From Candidatus Saccharimonadota bacterium (lineage in GTDB: Bacteria; Patescibacteriota; Saccharimonadia; Saccharimonadales; Saccharimonadaceae), in the NCBI GenBank assembly GCA_023898645.1, contig CP060232.1, forward strand, positions 990,001-1,022,000: 32,000 nt of DNA, given 5' to 3'. Shown in pieces: positions 7,355 through 16,374 of the stretch (position 1 is the first letter of the stretch; every line of letters starts with the position of its first letter). The notes under the pieces are model-generated. The model did not search any database. It was not told the DNA's origin and worked only from the letters and a program-made list of their open reading frames with translations. Position numbers and translations under genes: made by a program.

Positions 7355-8488
7355 CTATGGCTGTGTACTAAGTGATGATTTTACTTCAGGTAGATTTATA
7401 TACTCCTCTACCTTGTGATCCTTCTTAATCTGATCTAACTGCTGCTGGAACATCGTCAACGGGATGCGCAACACTGCATAACTTATACGTTCGTTGTCGC
7501 GTTGCAATAATTTCACAACGTAATAGCCGTCTCCCGTGGTTGATCGAAAAATCTCTGAAATTTTCCCCACTTCAAGTTTTGACGCTTGTTCCGCCAAGCC
7601 TCCATCTTGATTATTAGAGGGAACGAGTGGAGTAACGCTTGATTGCACCTTGACACCACCTACGGGAGCAATCGCTGATGCTATCTTATCAAAATCAGAC
7701 TCGCTTTTTAACTTTGCCTGCATCTCATCACGGAGCTTTGATGCAATAGTATCAACACGATAAGCCACTTTTTGGCGAAGCAGTTCATTTGCAGTAGCCT
7801 CACGAACCTCATCTGGAGTCCAGTCGTAATGGTCCAGTGCAATTGCAAAGTACGTATCCTCGGATATGGTACCGTTACTTGACTGACGTTGGTGCAAGAT
7901 AGCCTCATTCACTTCTTTTGTTGAAACAGTTATATTCGTGGCTTTAGCCAATTTCTCTGCATAACTGTGAGCAATGGCACTATCAAGAGCCTGACGTTTC
8001 AACCAATTCAGTTGGGCTTTATTCTCTTTGCTATATAGATTAACGCCTTGCTTCGTCTCTAAATAATGCTCCTGTGACCTGAAGCTCTCTAAATAATCAC
8101 TGTACGGAACATACTGACCATCCACGCTAGCCACTGGTAACGGCACCACCCTCGTTATTCTGTAGAAAAAAGTAGACGTATTTTGAACTAAGTATAATTG
8201 CCACCAAATCAAGACAACAACCAGGATAAGAGCAACTACGCTTATGACAATCGTGTTAATAACTAGACGATGTTTCGCGTATTGTACCGGGTATTTAAAA
8301 CGACGACCACCAGCGAGAATCTTCTCTCGATGCTCGGCGACTGTTTCATTGGTAATCCGATTAGGTTTTTCGGCCTCTTCGGACTTATTTCGCTTAAATC
8401 GGCGTAGCTTTTTCATGCGATTCCTTGGTGCCCTCTGCTGCCGCAACGGCATCTTGAAGTTTGTTGTAGATCTCTTCGGGGTGTTCAA
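7355..8488 (-). CDS. Membrane-anchored PpiD/SurA-N-like chaperone (putative peptidyl-prolyl isomerase family)
   Basis: Basic N-terminus, one TM helix, then a helical SurA-N-like region (VASVDGQYVPYSDYLESFRSQ...) and a degenerate parvulin-like C-terminus (GDGYYVVKLL). The start is uncertain: ATG 8416 or 8452 would cut the 95-nt overlap with the upstream gene. Confidence 0.6.
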   Translation of the reverse strand: MNTPKRSTTNFKMPLRQQRAPRNRMKKLRRFKRNKSEEAEKPNRITNETVAEHREKILAGGRRFKYPVQYAKHRLVINTIVISVVALILVVVLIWWQLYLVQNTSTFFYRITRVVPLPVASVDGQYVPYSDYLESFRSQEHYLETKQGVNLYSKENKAQLNWLKRQALDSAIAHSYAEKLAKATNITVSTKEVNEAILHQRQSSNGTISEDTYFAIALDHYDWTPDEVREATANELLRQKVAYRVDTIASKLRDEMQAKLKSESDFDKIASAIAPVGGVKVQSSVTPLVPSNNQDGGLAEQASKLEVGKISEIFRSTTGDGYYVVKLLQRDNERISYAVLRIPLTMFQQQLDQIKKDHKVEEYINLPEVKSSLSTQP

Positions 8489-8918
8489 CTTTATTTATAA
8501 CCAAATCTCCAACATAGGTCTGAATTACTATAGTCCCAAACCCAAGTACCTCACCACCGAATCCAGGTATATTATAGCTTATGCTCTGTATTTTTGACAG
8601 GCCAAGCTCAACGACGTCTTTACCAAAAAACCCTTTTTGTGTCACCTGCCTCAGGCGCTGGTCGGTAACAATATAGACTGTATAGTACCACATGAGAAAA
8701 TGATATAAAAATAACAACAATCCAACTCCTAAACCCGCTACGGGAAACCAATATATCGGAAGTATTGTAGGCCAAATAAATACAGGGATCGCTGATAATG
8801 CAAATGGAATCAACAGTAGCCAGAACCCTTTACGCATGGCGATTACATGACGTCGAAAAACGAAGAGTAGCTCTTCACCTACGCGCTGACCATCGAAATC
8901 AATAACTTTTTTTGCCAT
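8394..8918 (-). CDS. Bacterial PH-domain (bPH_2, YdbS/YdbT-like) membrane protein
   Basis: Two TM helices followed by YIVTDQRL...LSKIQSISYNIPGFGGEVLGFGTIVIQT, typical of bPH_2. ATG lies 6 nt after a TGCTAGAAT box. Confidence 0.65.
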   Translation of the reverse strand: MAKKVIDFDGQRVGEELLFVFRRHVIAMRKGFWLLLIPFALSAIPVFIWPTILPIYWFPVAGLGVGLLLFLYHFLMWYYTVYIVTDQRLRQVTQKGFFGKDVVELGLSKIQSISYNIPGFGGEVLGFGTIVIQTYVGDLVINKVEHPEEIYNKLQDAVAAAEGTKESHEKATPI

Positions 8919-8933
8919 AGCACTATTCTAGCA

Positions 8934-9010
8934 TGGTACCCCGGGCAGGAGTCGAACCTGCAACCTTATCCTTAGGACGGATCTACTCTATCCAGTTGAG
9001 CTACCGGGGC
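8934..9010 (-). tRNA. tRNA-Arg (anticodon CCT), CCA encoded
   Basis: Reverse complement GCCCCGG-TA-GCTC-AACTGGATA-GAGT-A-GATCC-GTCCTAA-GGATA-AGGTT-GCAGG-TTCGACT-CCTGC-CCGGGGT-A-CCA. One G:A mismatch at the top of the anticodon stem. Confidence 0.8.
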
Positions 9011-9182
9011 ACGTCAGAATCAACGTTCAGCTTCTACGATGCCAATAAATAACAATCGCCTCGAAGCTCTAGTCGCTTCTTCCCTTCAAATTATCAAACA
9101 ACTAAGGTTCGATTTGGCAATTTGGGTAACAACAAGGGTTACAAGAAAGATTATACTTTTTTTACTTCAGATTAGCCAATCG

Positions 9183-9689
9183 CTACCGTGTGAATTTCTC
9201 ATTCAAGACGTTGTAGTCATACAACTCATCGTCACTGAACCAATGAGGTATCTCTTTCTTGGCATCATCAAGATCCCCAGACGCATGTATCAAATTCGGG
9301 ATACCTTTGCCCTTCGCGTCTCCATATCCATAGCTCATATGCGAAAAATCACCACGAATCGTACCGGGCGCAGATGATTTCGGCTCAGTTGAACCCACAA
9401 GCTTTCGAACCAACGCAACCGCCTCTACACCCTCGAGCACCATGGCAATGACCGGACCCTCGTTCATCATGTCGAGGACATTATTAAACGTCGCTTCGCC
9501 TCGTCGAGTAATTACTTGTCCGATTTCTTCATAATGTTTGTAGTAGTGTTCCTTATCTGGAGCAATCATTTTAGTACCGATAATCTTCAAGCCGACACGT
9601 TCAAAACGAGTTAGAATCTCGCCTACAACACCACGCTGTACTGCATCGGGTTTAAATAATATTAGTGTTCGCTCTACATGTTCGCTCAT
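9183..9689 (-). CDS. ndk: Nucleoside diphosphate kinase (long form, 168 aa)
   Basis: ERTLILFKPDAVQRG, GLKIIGTKM, GPVIAMVLEG, PGTIRGDF and NLIHASGD (catalytic His). Has an insertion of about 15 aa (HMSYGYGDAKGKGIP) before the His motif. GAGGAG SD. Confidence 0.9.
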   Translation of the reverse strand: MSEHVERTLILFKPDAVQRGVVGEILTRFERVGLKIIGTKMIAPDKEHYYKHYEEIGQVITRRGEATFNNVLDMMNEGPVIAMVLEGVEAVALVRKLVGSTEPKSSAPGTIRGDFSHMSYGYGDAKGKGIPNLIHASGDLDDAKKEIPHWFSDDELYDYNVLNEKFTR

Positions 9690-9706
9690 TTGATCTCCTC
9701 ATATTT

Positions 9707-10507
9707 TCAAACTAATTGTAACAAAAGTACGACTGTAAGCACAGCCGCAAGGGCCACACGATACCATCCAAATAATGACAAACCGTGATGCGAAAGATAA
9801 TTAATAAGAAAGCTTACAGCCCAAAGACCTGAAACAAAAGCGACAGCATTGCTCAATATAAGAGTCGGCGCGTGCTCAATAAAATAATGCCTGCCATCAG
9901 AAGACACGATCAACTTGAGCATAAGTCCGAACATAATCGGCAGCGACGCCAAGAAGCTATATTCTGCGGCAGCAGCTGCACCAAGCCCCATCATACGGCC
10001 CGCTACTATCGTGGAACCAGACCTAGAAACGCCCGGAATTAATGCAGTTACCTGAATAAGCCCGATTACGAGCGCCCTACGCCAACTTAGTTTCTCACCG
10101 CTTTTAACACTGGACTTACTTGGAAGTTTATCTACCATCACCATAATGACTCCAACCACACCCAAAAAGACAGTCACCGTTACGAGGCTGCTGAAGAAGG
10201 GTGCGGTCTCAATAAAACCACTAAATGCTAATCCTACAGCTCCTGCAGGTATTGTGGTCAATATTATATTACGGCCCAGTTGATACTTCTTGCGCACCGT
10301 CACGTCAAGCGCAATATCAACAATACGATGCCTGAAATATACAACCAACGCGAGAAAAGTACCGAGATCAATCCACTCCAAGAAAAAATGGTCAGAGGCA
10401 CCCGAGAAAAAAATTTGCGCGACTACCAGGTGGCCCGAACTACTTACAGGGATAAACTCCGTAAGCCCCTGGATTAGTCCCAGAATTATTGATTCGAATA
10501 CATTCAT
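9707..10507 (-). CDS. uppP: Undecaprenyl-diphosphate phosphatase
   Basis: ILGLIQGLTEFIPVSSSGHL, GVSRSGSTI and a polytopic profile typical of BacA/UppP. Confidence 0.9.
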   Translation of the reverse strand: MNVFESIILGLIQGLTEFIPVSSSGHLVVAQIFFSGASDHFFLEWIDLGTFLALVVYFRHRIVDIALDVTVRKKYQLGRNIILTTIPAGAVGLAFSGFIETAPFFSSLVTVTVFLGVVGVIMVMVDKLPSKSSVKSGEKLSWRRALVIGLIQVTALIPGVSRSGSTIVAGRMMGLGAAAAAEYSFLASLPIMFGLMLKLIVSSDGRHYFIEHAPTLILSNAVAFVSGLWAVSFLINYLSHHGLSLFGWYRVALAAVLTVVLLLQLV

Positions 10508-10535
10508 AACGCTTATTATACGTTATTCTTATAGT

Positions 10536-11450
10536 ATGTACGTCTCCGAACTTATCAATGACTACGTTGAACACCTTGAGGTGGAGGGCGGACGATCATT
10601 AAAGACGGCTGAAAGCTATAGGCTATATCTGGAGCGATTTGTAGAATTCACTGATGATATCGACGTGTCTAATATATCATCAGAACAAATAAGAAAATAT
10701 CGATTATGGCTAAATCGTTACAAAAACAGTAACGGTGAAGAATTGGCCACTATTACACAAGGCTATCACTTGATTGCTCTACGTGGTTTTTTACATTACT
10801 TATCAACAAGAGACATTGATTCGTTGAGCCCAAATAAAATCACATTACCAAAAATTTCACGCAAACAAGTAACTTTTCTTTACAATGACGAAATAGCTCG
10901 ACTCATTTCACAAATAGATACAGCTACGGAATCGGGACTTCGTGACCGTGCAATCATTGAACTACTCTTTTCAAGCGGACTTCGCGTTTCTGAGCTAGTG
11001 AACCTCGATCGTGATCATGTAAACACTAAAAGACGGGAATTTATGGTTCGCGGTAAAGGGCAAAAAGACAGACCGGTCTTTATCAGTCAATCCGCTTCTG
11101 CGCATATCGAGGAATATTTGGACGCACGGCATGATAGTTTACCACCTTTATTTATTAGCTACAGTCGAAACGCAGGAGCCGACACAAGCGGAAACTACAG
11201 GCGACTAACTGCCAGGAGTATCCAACGAATGCTTAGTGGCTACGCGCGTCTTGCCGGCATTACCAAGCACGTCAGCCCACACACTATGCGCCACAGTTAC
11301 GCAACAGACCTACTTATGAACGGTGCCGACATACGCTCAGTCCAATCAATGCTTGGACACAGCAACATCAGTACGACACAAATATACACTCATGTCACAG
11401 ATAAGCATCTGCGTGAAATCTATGAACAACATCATTCGGAAATAGATTAA
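10536..11450 (+). CDS. Tyrosine site-specific recombinase, XerC/XerD family
   Basis: SAM-like N-domain (YVEHLEVEGGRSLKTAESY). Catalytic residues are readable: R (GLRVSEL), HxxR (HTMRHSYAT), GH (LGHSNISTTQIYTHV, with Tyr). Start taken at ATG 10536. The track's 10290 start would run antisense through uppP. Confidence 0.9.
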   Translation: MYVSELINDYVEHLEVEGGRSLKTAESYRLYLERFVEFTDDIDVSNISSEQIRKYRLWLNRYKNSNGEELATITQGYHLIALRGFLHYLSTRDIDSLSPNKITLPKISRKQVTFLYNDEIARLISQIDTATESGLRDRAIIELLFSSGLRVSELVNLDRDHVNTKRREFMVRGKGQKDRPVFISQSASAHIEEYLDARHDSLPPLFISYSRNAGADTSGNYRRLTARSIQRMLSGYARLAGITKHVSPHTMRHSYATDLLMNGADIRSVQSMLGHSNISTTQIYTHVTDKHLREIYEQHHSEID

Positions 11451-12682
11451 CTACTTGGCTTACATAAGTGGCTATTGGACTTATAATCACCTGTGGAATC
11501 TGTGATTTGGAATGCCTTACATAAACTTCCGGTGATATCGACTGTGGCCTCAACGTTCGGAATACTACTCTTCGTAAACTCAACACGACTTTGAACTCGT
11601 CTAAAATACGTATTTGCTCTACCCGTTGAATCTACTATAGGTTGAACACCCGAAAACCTCGGATGGCTAGGGTCTGTAGGATTACCACAGGACTCCAGGC
11701 ACACACGAAATGTCGTATTCGTATTGTAGAACTCACTAACGTTTAAGTACGCATGCCGATCGGTACCGTCAGAAGAAGCATCCTTAGGTGTCGTAAGGGT
11801 TATTGTGGCGCTACAAGCATATTCACCCGCTGAAAAGTCCGTATTTTCACATCTTATAGGGCTTAGCACTCCTGATCGTATACTTGATAGTCTTTCGTCA
11901 TCGGCAAAATTAGCTTTTTTCAACCCCACCTCACTAGGAACCAAGAAGAGTGTTGCATTGTTACTCTTGAAATTAAAGTCGTCCAAGCTAAAGGTTTTGC
12001 CGTATTGAAAAAGTTGCAGCCTCATAAGCGCTGGCGTATGCGGTGTCCAAGGATAAACAGACGTACCTGAATCTGTTGGAAGTTTTAGGTCCCTGCGTAA
12101 GTCGACCGTATTTCGATGGGCACTACCCAGTGAATCTGCTTGAAAATCTTTTTGAGAATACCATTGGATTTCGATATGTGTAAATTTCTGACCATCTTCC
12201 GCTTTAAGTGGAATAAGCCTAGAAGTGTTCTGCACTAATGATCCAACATAATCAAAGGTATTAAGCTGCACTTTTACGCATGTATACGCCTGATTGAGCT
12301 CCTTATCGCCCTCGCTTTGCTTTATGAGCACCTCTTTATCACTAGGAGATCCAACGACACCCGCCTGTTGTAATGTCGTACATTGCGTACTTTTACCGTC
12401 ATTGCCGCCCATCAAATTAAGTAAGCTGTCGCATGTCGTACGATTCGCAATGGAATGAGATGAACATTGTTGGTTGTACATTACGACAAGACGCTTCGCG
12501 TCTTCTACTCCGGCATTAGCAGAATCAAGTGCGCTTTTTGACAAATCGTTTGCTGTCGCCTGCATTTGATTCTGAATCATAATTCGTATGAAAACTATAG
12601 TAATTGTAGTAATAAGAAGTGCTGAAAAAACAACTATGAATATCGAGACTGCCCCTCTTTGCTTATGATTATCCATGCTCAT
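11447..12682 (-). CDS. PilX-N-like pilus-associated protein (411 aa), last gene of the minor-pilin block
   Basis: The N-terminus KQRGAVSIFIVVFSALLITTITIVF resembles the PilX_N/TadG hydrophobic segment without Glu5. Large Cys-containing C-domain. ATGA overlap with the upstream minor pilin. Confidence 0.55.
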   Translation of the reverse strand: MSMDNHKQRGAVSIFIVVFSALLITTITIVFIRIMIQNQMQATANDLSKSALDSANAGVEDAKRLVVMYNQQCSSHSIANRTTCDSLLNLMGGNDGKSTQCTTLQQAGVVGSPSDKEVLIKQSEGDKELNQAYTCVKVQLNTFDYVGSLVQNTSRLIPLKAEDGQKFTHIEIQWYSQKDFQADSLGSAHRNTVDLRRDLKLPTDSGTSVYPWTPHTPALMRLQLFQYGKTFSLDDFNFKSNNATLFLVPSEVGLKKANFADDERLSSIRSGVLSPIRCENTDFSAGEYACSATITLTTPKDASSDGTDRHAYLNVSEFYNTNTTFRVCLESCGNPTDPSHPRFSGVQPIVDSTGRANTYFRRVQSRVEFTKSSIPNVEATVDITGSLCKAFQITDSTGDYKSNSHLCKPSS

Positions 12683-13425
12683 GTATTGCCCCCTTTATTT
12701 CCCGCAAGTGCCGTGAAGTCAAAATGGTTGATAGCACAAAAATCCTGCAGGGAGCTAGAATCACTTGGTGGCTTACAGGACGTATCGATTGTATCTATAG
12801 CGCCAGAGGACGATGCTGTACGGTCCACCGTAGACAAATCATCTGTACCGATTTCCATGACTACACGATATAGCGCTTCGTTGGTCGTCGGGTCTTTTGC
12901 AATTTCGGCGATATTGAAGCTCTGCAGTGCTATATGTCCACCCTTGTCCAGTAACTGCGTCGCATCGCTCTCATTGATTTTTGCATCCGGATTAGCACAA
13001 TAACGCCCGCCATTATCGCGGACTCTGATAAACCGAATTTCTTTATTTACACCATTATCATAGACATTAACGTGGATATTATGAGAAAGTGAATCACTAA
13101 GATTCCATACGTAGCTATACGTACCGGTGCATAAACGTCCGCCATAAGCATCGTTTGCAGAAGCACCACACGCGCCAAGCTGTTTCTGTAAACATAAAGC
13201 GGTGCTAATTGAAAATGGCTGGCTTTGGCTGAGAGTCTGGCGAATGTCAGTACTAATTGCCCTGCCGGCTTGATCCACTTGCTGCATGGTCAAACCTCTA
13301 TTGTATATAGTGATAATCTGTATAACCGTCAATGCTATCACGATTAACAAAACTGACACGAACGTCATAGCAAGCGTAAGCTCAATTATGGTGAATCCGG
13401 AACGATTATCAGCCTCGTGGTTCAT
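12679..13425 (-). CDS. Prepilin-type minor pilin (PilW-like position)
   Basis: Class III signal peptide ...NRSG/FTIIELTLAMTFVSVLLIV. Confidence 0.8.
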   Translation of the reverse strand: MNHEADNRSGFTIIELTLAMTFVSVLLIVIALTVIQIITIYNRGLTMQQVDQAGRAISTDIRQTLSQSQPFSISTALCLQKQLGACGASANDAYGGRLCTGTYSYVWNLSDSLSHNIHVNVYDNGVNKEIRFIRVRDNGGRYCANPDAKINESDATQLLDKGGHIALQSFNIAEIAKDPTTNEALYRVVMEIGTDDLSTVDRTASSSGAIDTIDTSCKPPSDSSSLQDFCAINHFDFTALAGNKGGNT

Positions 13426-14026
13426 ATAACCTCACAATCGTTCCCAATGTAATTGGGGTAGTCTGGCCGGGCGTATGCCAACATGCCCTGATGTGAAAAT
13501 CGTAAAAACCAGGCTTCTGCTTTCCACTGTCTGTGTACGTACTATTTGGCGATGAGACTGCCTGAATCCATAAGCCCTCGGCAGTCGTAGGTGCATTGTC
13601 GCTATTAACCCTGGCATAGGTGATGGCATCAGCTGTAGGCGACAGTAGCGGATTACTGTCCAGCTTCGTTAAATCAAGTGCAAAGTATGGCTGACCGTGT
13701 GGCAAAAGACAATTTGCACCATCCGTCATTTGATCAAATTGCTGAGCCTGCGCGCCACTAGTTAGGGCGTTATTGGTTACAATATCGTTCCAGAGTTTTG
13801 ATGCTGGCCCGTTCTTACCGTAATCTGTTATATACGAACTGTTAAGAAATCGTAGAGCATCCGCTTGTCCATCTATCTGCTCACGCACAAGACCAATTTC
13901 TAGCGATCTTTGAGCAAGGGCCGTACCTTGATTCATGACAGACAAACCTCCGACTGATACCAAACTAAATACGGTAATAGCAAATAACACCTCAATGATC
14001 GTATCACCACGACTATACCCCGCCAT
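13409..14026 (-). CDS. Prepilin-type minor pilin with atypical +1 residue (PilV-like position)
   Basis: MAGYSRG/DTIIEVLFAITVFSLVSV keeps Gly-1 and Glu+5, but Asp replaces the usual Phe at +1. Start taken at ATG 14026. Confidence 0.65.
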   Translation of the reverse strand: MAGYSRGDTIIEVLFAITVFSLVSVGGLSVMNQGTALAQRSLEIGLVREQIDGQADALRFLNSSYITDYGKNGPASKLWNDIVTNNALTSGAQAQQFDQMTDGANCLLPHGQPYFALDLTKLDSNPLLSPTADAITYARVNSDNAPTTAEGLWIQAVSSPNSTYTDSGKQKPGFYDFHIRACWHTPGQTTPITLGTIVRLYEPRG

Positions 14027-14741
14027 GATGCACACAATCTGGATCTGCATCCATTACTGTTACACCACTCGCCCCTGCCACGCTAGGATCGATAGAAACT
14101 GACTGTACAGGTAAAAATACCGCGTCACCACGGACACAGTATTTCAGCAAATCCGTGTTCATACTAGAAATATCAATATTGCTTGTCAGAGGTCTTGGTG
14201 ACCAAAATACTTTTATAAGCCCACTTACCGGTGAGCGCAGGATTAATACACTCGCTTGAGACACACTACTGTCTTTGGCATAAAGAGTCGTACCCCATCC
14301 AAGGCTATCCTTTTCTTCGTCAATTGTCGTTACTTTTGGCGCATACGATTTAAGCGCCGAAACATCGTCAGAGCTAAAGTCCAACGTATTATTATCTAAC
14401 CCGACAACATTTGAAATTTTCACTGAAGTCCCGTTATCTTCAACTTGAACTGCTCTACCCAAAAGAACGCACTGTGACGTTCCAGAAGTCTGAGCTGTCG
14501 GAGCATTAGGGTCTATAACTCCATTACTAGCACACTCGCCGATCGTACGAGCATTTTGAGTATTTAAAACTTCTGAATATTGATTTTTTAAAAGCGAGCT
14601 ATATTCAATAACTCCGTCACGATAGCGCTGCTGAGTTAGGTTACTGTTTACCCCTATCATGAGAGCTGCAAATAGCACTCCCGTGATACCCAAAAAAAGC
14701 ATCACCTCAATAATTGTAAATCCACGCTCTACCATGCCCAT
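14013..14741 (-). CDS. Prepilin-type minor pilin (FimT/GspH-like position)
   Basis: MGMVERG/FTIIEVMLFLGITGVLFAALMI. TGCTATAAT box 9 nt upstream of the ATG. Confidence 0.8.
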   Translation of the reverse strand: MGMVERGFTIIEVMLFLGITGVLFAALMIGVNSNLTQQRYRDGVIEYSSLLKNQYSEVLNTQNARTIGECASNGVIDPNAPTAQTSGTSQCVLLGRAVQVEDNGTSVKISNVVGLDNNTLDFSSDDVSALKSYAPKVTTIDEEKDSLGWGTTLYAKDSSVSQASVLILRSPVSGLIKVFWSPRPLTSNIDISSMNTDLLKYCVRGDAVFLPVQSVSIDPSVAGASGVTVMDADPDCVHHGGV

Positions 14742-14765
14742 TTGAGGTAAATTATAGCATAAGCT

Positions 14766-15653
14766 TTAAACAGTGCCCAGAGTAAATGTGAGGTACCAAG
14801 CAATGATATATGTTCCAAAAAGACCTGCTATAAACCACCCACCTATCAATAGTGGTCCAAATGGTATGTGTGTTCGGCGCTTTACACTTCCGCGTGCCAT
14901 GAGGGGTAGGTAAATTATCGTACCTATTAGATTCGCCAAAAAGAGCGCTAGCGCAGAAAGCCTCCAGTCAGCTAACAATAATGCCAGCACAAGTCCCAGC
15001 TTGACGTCACCAAAACCAACCCATTTATATCGAGATAGGATGTAAATCAAATAATAAAGGCCCGAAAGGATAGCACAGCCATAAAAAATTCCTATAATTT
15101 CAGACCATGCAAACTGTCGATCTGCCAAAACGACAAGGACATTAATGATACCCAAGCCCAAAAGCGGAAAAACAACTGAATTCGGCAACAGGAACCATCG
15201 CATGTCGTATACGAACAAAATCGCAAGCCCAACACCAGCAATAAGCCAGATAATAAACTGTGTGATATCTGTAATAGAAACGAGCTGAGACGGCCAAAAC
15301 AAATAAGAGACAACGAAAAAGGCCGCAACGCCTAATTCAATAGCTGGTTCAAACCACCCAATTGCCACGCGACAATATCGACACCTGCCCTGCAGGGATA
15401 GCCAACTAATGATTGGTATAAGGTCATACCATTTCAATTGATGACCACAGTGAAGACAAACAGACCGATCCTCAAGTGCAGACCTCTTCTTTATTTTAGT
15501 AACTTCTTGTAGTGCCTTTTTGCCGACTTTTTCGCCTTCCGATATATCTATTCGCAACTGTCTCGCTCTCAATCGCCAAACAGACGCGCCAGCAAAACTA
15601 CCAAAAAAGAGACCAAGAAGACCCAAGATTAGACTTATACTTATTCCGCTCAT
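14766..15653 (-). CDS. pilD: Prepilin peptidase / N-methyltransferase (A24 family)
   Basis: N-terminal Cys4 motif CLHCGHQL...GRCRYCR. Polytopic. Catalytic Asp motifs VYDMRWF and GFGDVKLG. Confidence 0.9.
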   Translation of the reverse strand: MSGISISLILGLLGLFFGSFAGASVWRLRARQLRIDISEGEKVGKKALQEVTKIKKRSALEDRSVCLHCGHQLKWYDLIPIISWLSLQGRCRYCRVAIGWFEPAIELGVAAFFVVSYLFWPSQLVSITDITQFIIWLIAGVGLAILFVYDMRWFLLPNSVVFPLLGLGIINVLVVLADRQFAWSEIIGIFYGCAILSGLYYLIYILSRYKWVGFGDVKLGLVLALLLADWRLSALALFLANLIGTIIYLPLMARGSVKRRTHIPFGPLLIGGWFIAGLFGTYIIAWYLTFTLGTV

Positions 15654-15704
15654 GCATTATCATTCTAGCAAAGTAGAATATTTAAAGATAGGCATGCCAG
15701 TAAT

Positions 15705-15739
15705 AATAAATAACGGCCATAAATTGACCGTTATTTATT
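15705..15739 (-). terminator. Hairpin/terminator directly downstream of the major pilin gene
   Basis: Perfect 12-bp inverted repeat AATAAATAACGG/CCGTTATTTATT with an 11-nt loop, 15 nt after the pilA stop. On the minus strand it is followed by ATTATTA. Confidence 0.55.
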
Positions 15740-15753
15740 AAACTTCGAAACAA

Positions 15754-16263
15754 TTAATTGGTCTGGCAATACGCTCCGCCAGCTTCAAGACCTATAGATA
15801 CTGCTATACTGCGGCCTGAGCCCCCTGTTACGTGTGGAGAGCCGTCGTCGTTACAAGATGCCGACTTACCAGCAACATAGTTGATATTAGCATCACCTGG
15901 AGTCGTAGAGGTGTCTCCAGCTTTAGGAACTTTGTCATTAATTGACATGTGAGTGTAGTCGCCTCCGCTCTGAGGATCTTGGAACTTATCATTACCTACA
16001 GTCAAGTATTGACTTATGAAACTATTCACAGATCCGGCAGTGGGTACATCTCCACGGTGATTTGATTGATAGCTACTGACCTGCGAAAGAAATCGACTTA
16101 AATCGTCTTTACGCTGCGCATCTCGCTGACTCCTCTGTAACGAAGGAAGCGCAATGAATACCATAAGAAATATTAGACCCGCAATCGCAAGTACCAACAC
16201 AACTTCAATGATGGTAAAACCACTTTTTGCTGCCCGTTTTGATTGTTCTTGTTGTTTGTTCAT
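15754..16263 (-). CDS. pilA: Major type IV pilin
   Basis: MNKQQEQSKRAAKSG/FTIIEVVLVLAIAGLIFLMVF. C-terminal Cys pair (SASC...AYC). Strong SD AGGTGG 5 nt before ATG 16263. The track's GTG 16272 lies inside that SD. Confidence 0.9.
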   Translation of the reverse strand: MNKQQEQSKRAAKSGFTIIEVVLVLAIAGLIFLMVFIALPSLQRSQRDAQRKDDLSRFLSQVSSYQSNHRGDVPTAGSVNSFISQYLTVGNDKFQDPQSGGDYTHMSINDKVPKAGDTSTTPGDANINYVAGKSASCNDDGSPHVTGGSGRSIAVSIGLEAGGAYCQTN

Positions 16264-16374
16264 GAATCCCACCTTTCTATGAACGTTTGGAAATATTTAT
16301 CCGTTAATCTGTTAATTCCGTTCCGATGGGAACGCTTATGCTTATGGTACACCAGTCCCCCGACATTGTCCATA

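Noticed and set aside
8394-8488. 95-nt overlap between the bPH-domain gene and the PpiD-like gene as a possible programmed overlap
   Set aside because: It is more simply explained by an over-extended start call. In-frame ATGs at 8452 and 8416 shorten the overlap to 59 or 23 nt, and the extra N-terminal residues are low-complexity basic sequence.
10290-10535. N-terminal 82-codon extension of the XerC/D ORF
   Set aside because: It would lie antisense within uppP. Recombinase homology begins at MYVSELINDYVEHL (ATG 10536).
16319-16334. Hairpin CGTTCC-GATG-GGAACG between pilC and pilA
   Set aside because: It has only a 6-bp stem and no U-run on the transcribed (minus) strand, which is insufficient to call a terminator.
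16339-16354. Sigma54-like -24/-12 element (TGGTGTACCATAAGCA, minus strand) upstream of pilA
   Set aside because: The GG-N10-GC spacing fits, but the -12 region is AAGC rather than TTGC. No sigma54 or enhancer-binding protein is evident, so it is probably chance.
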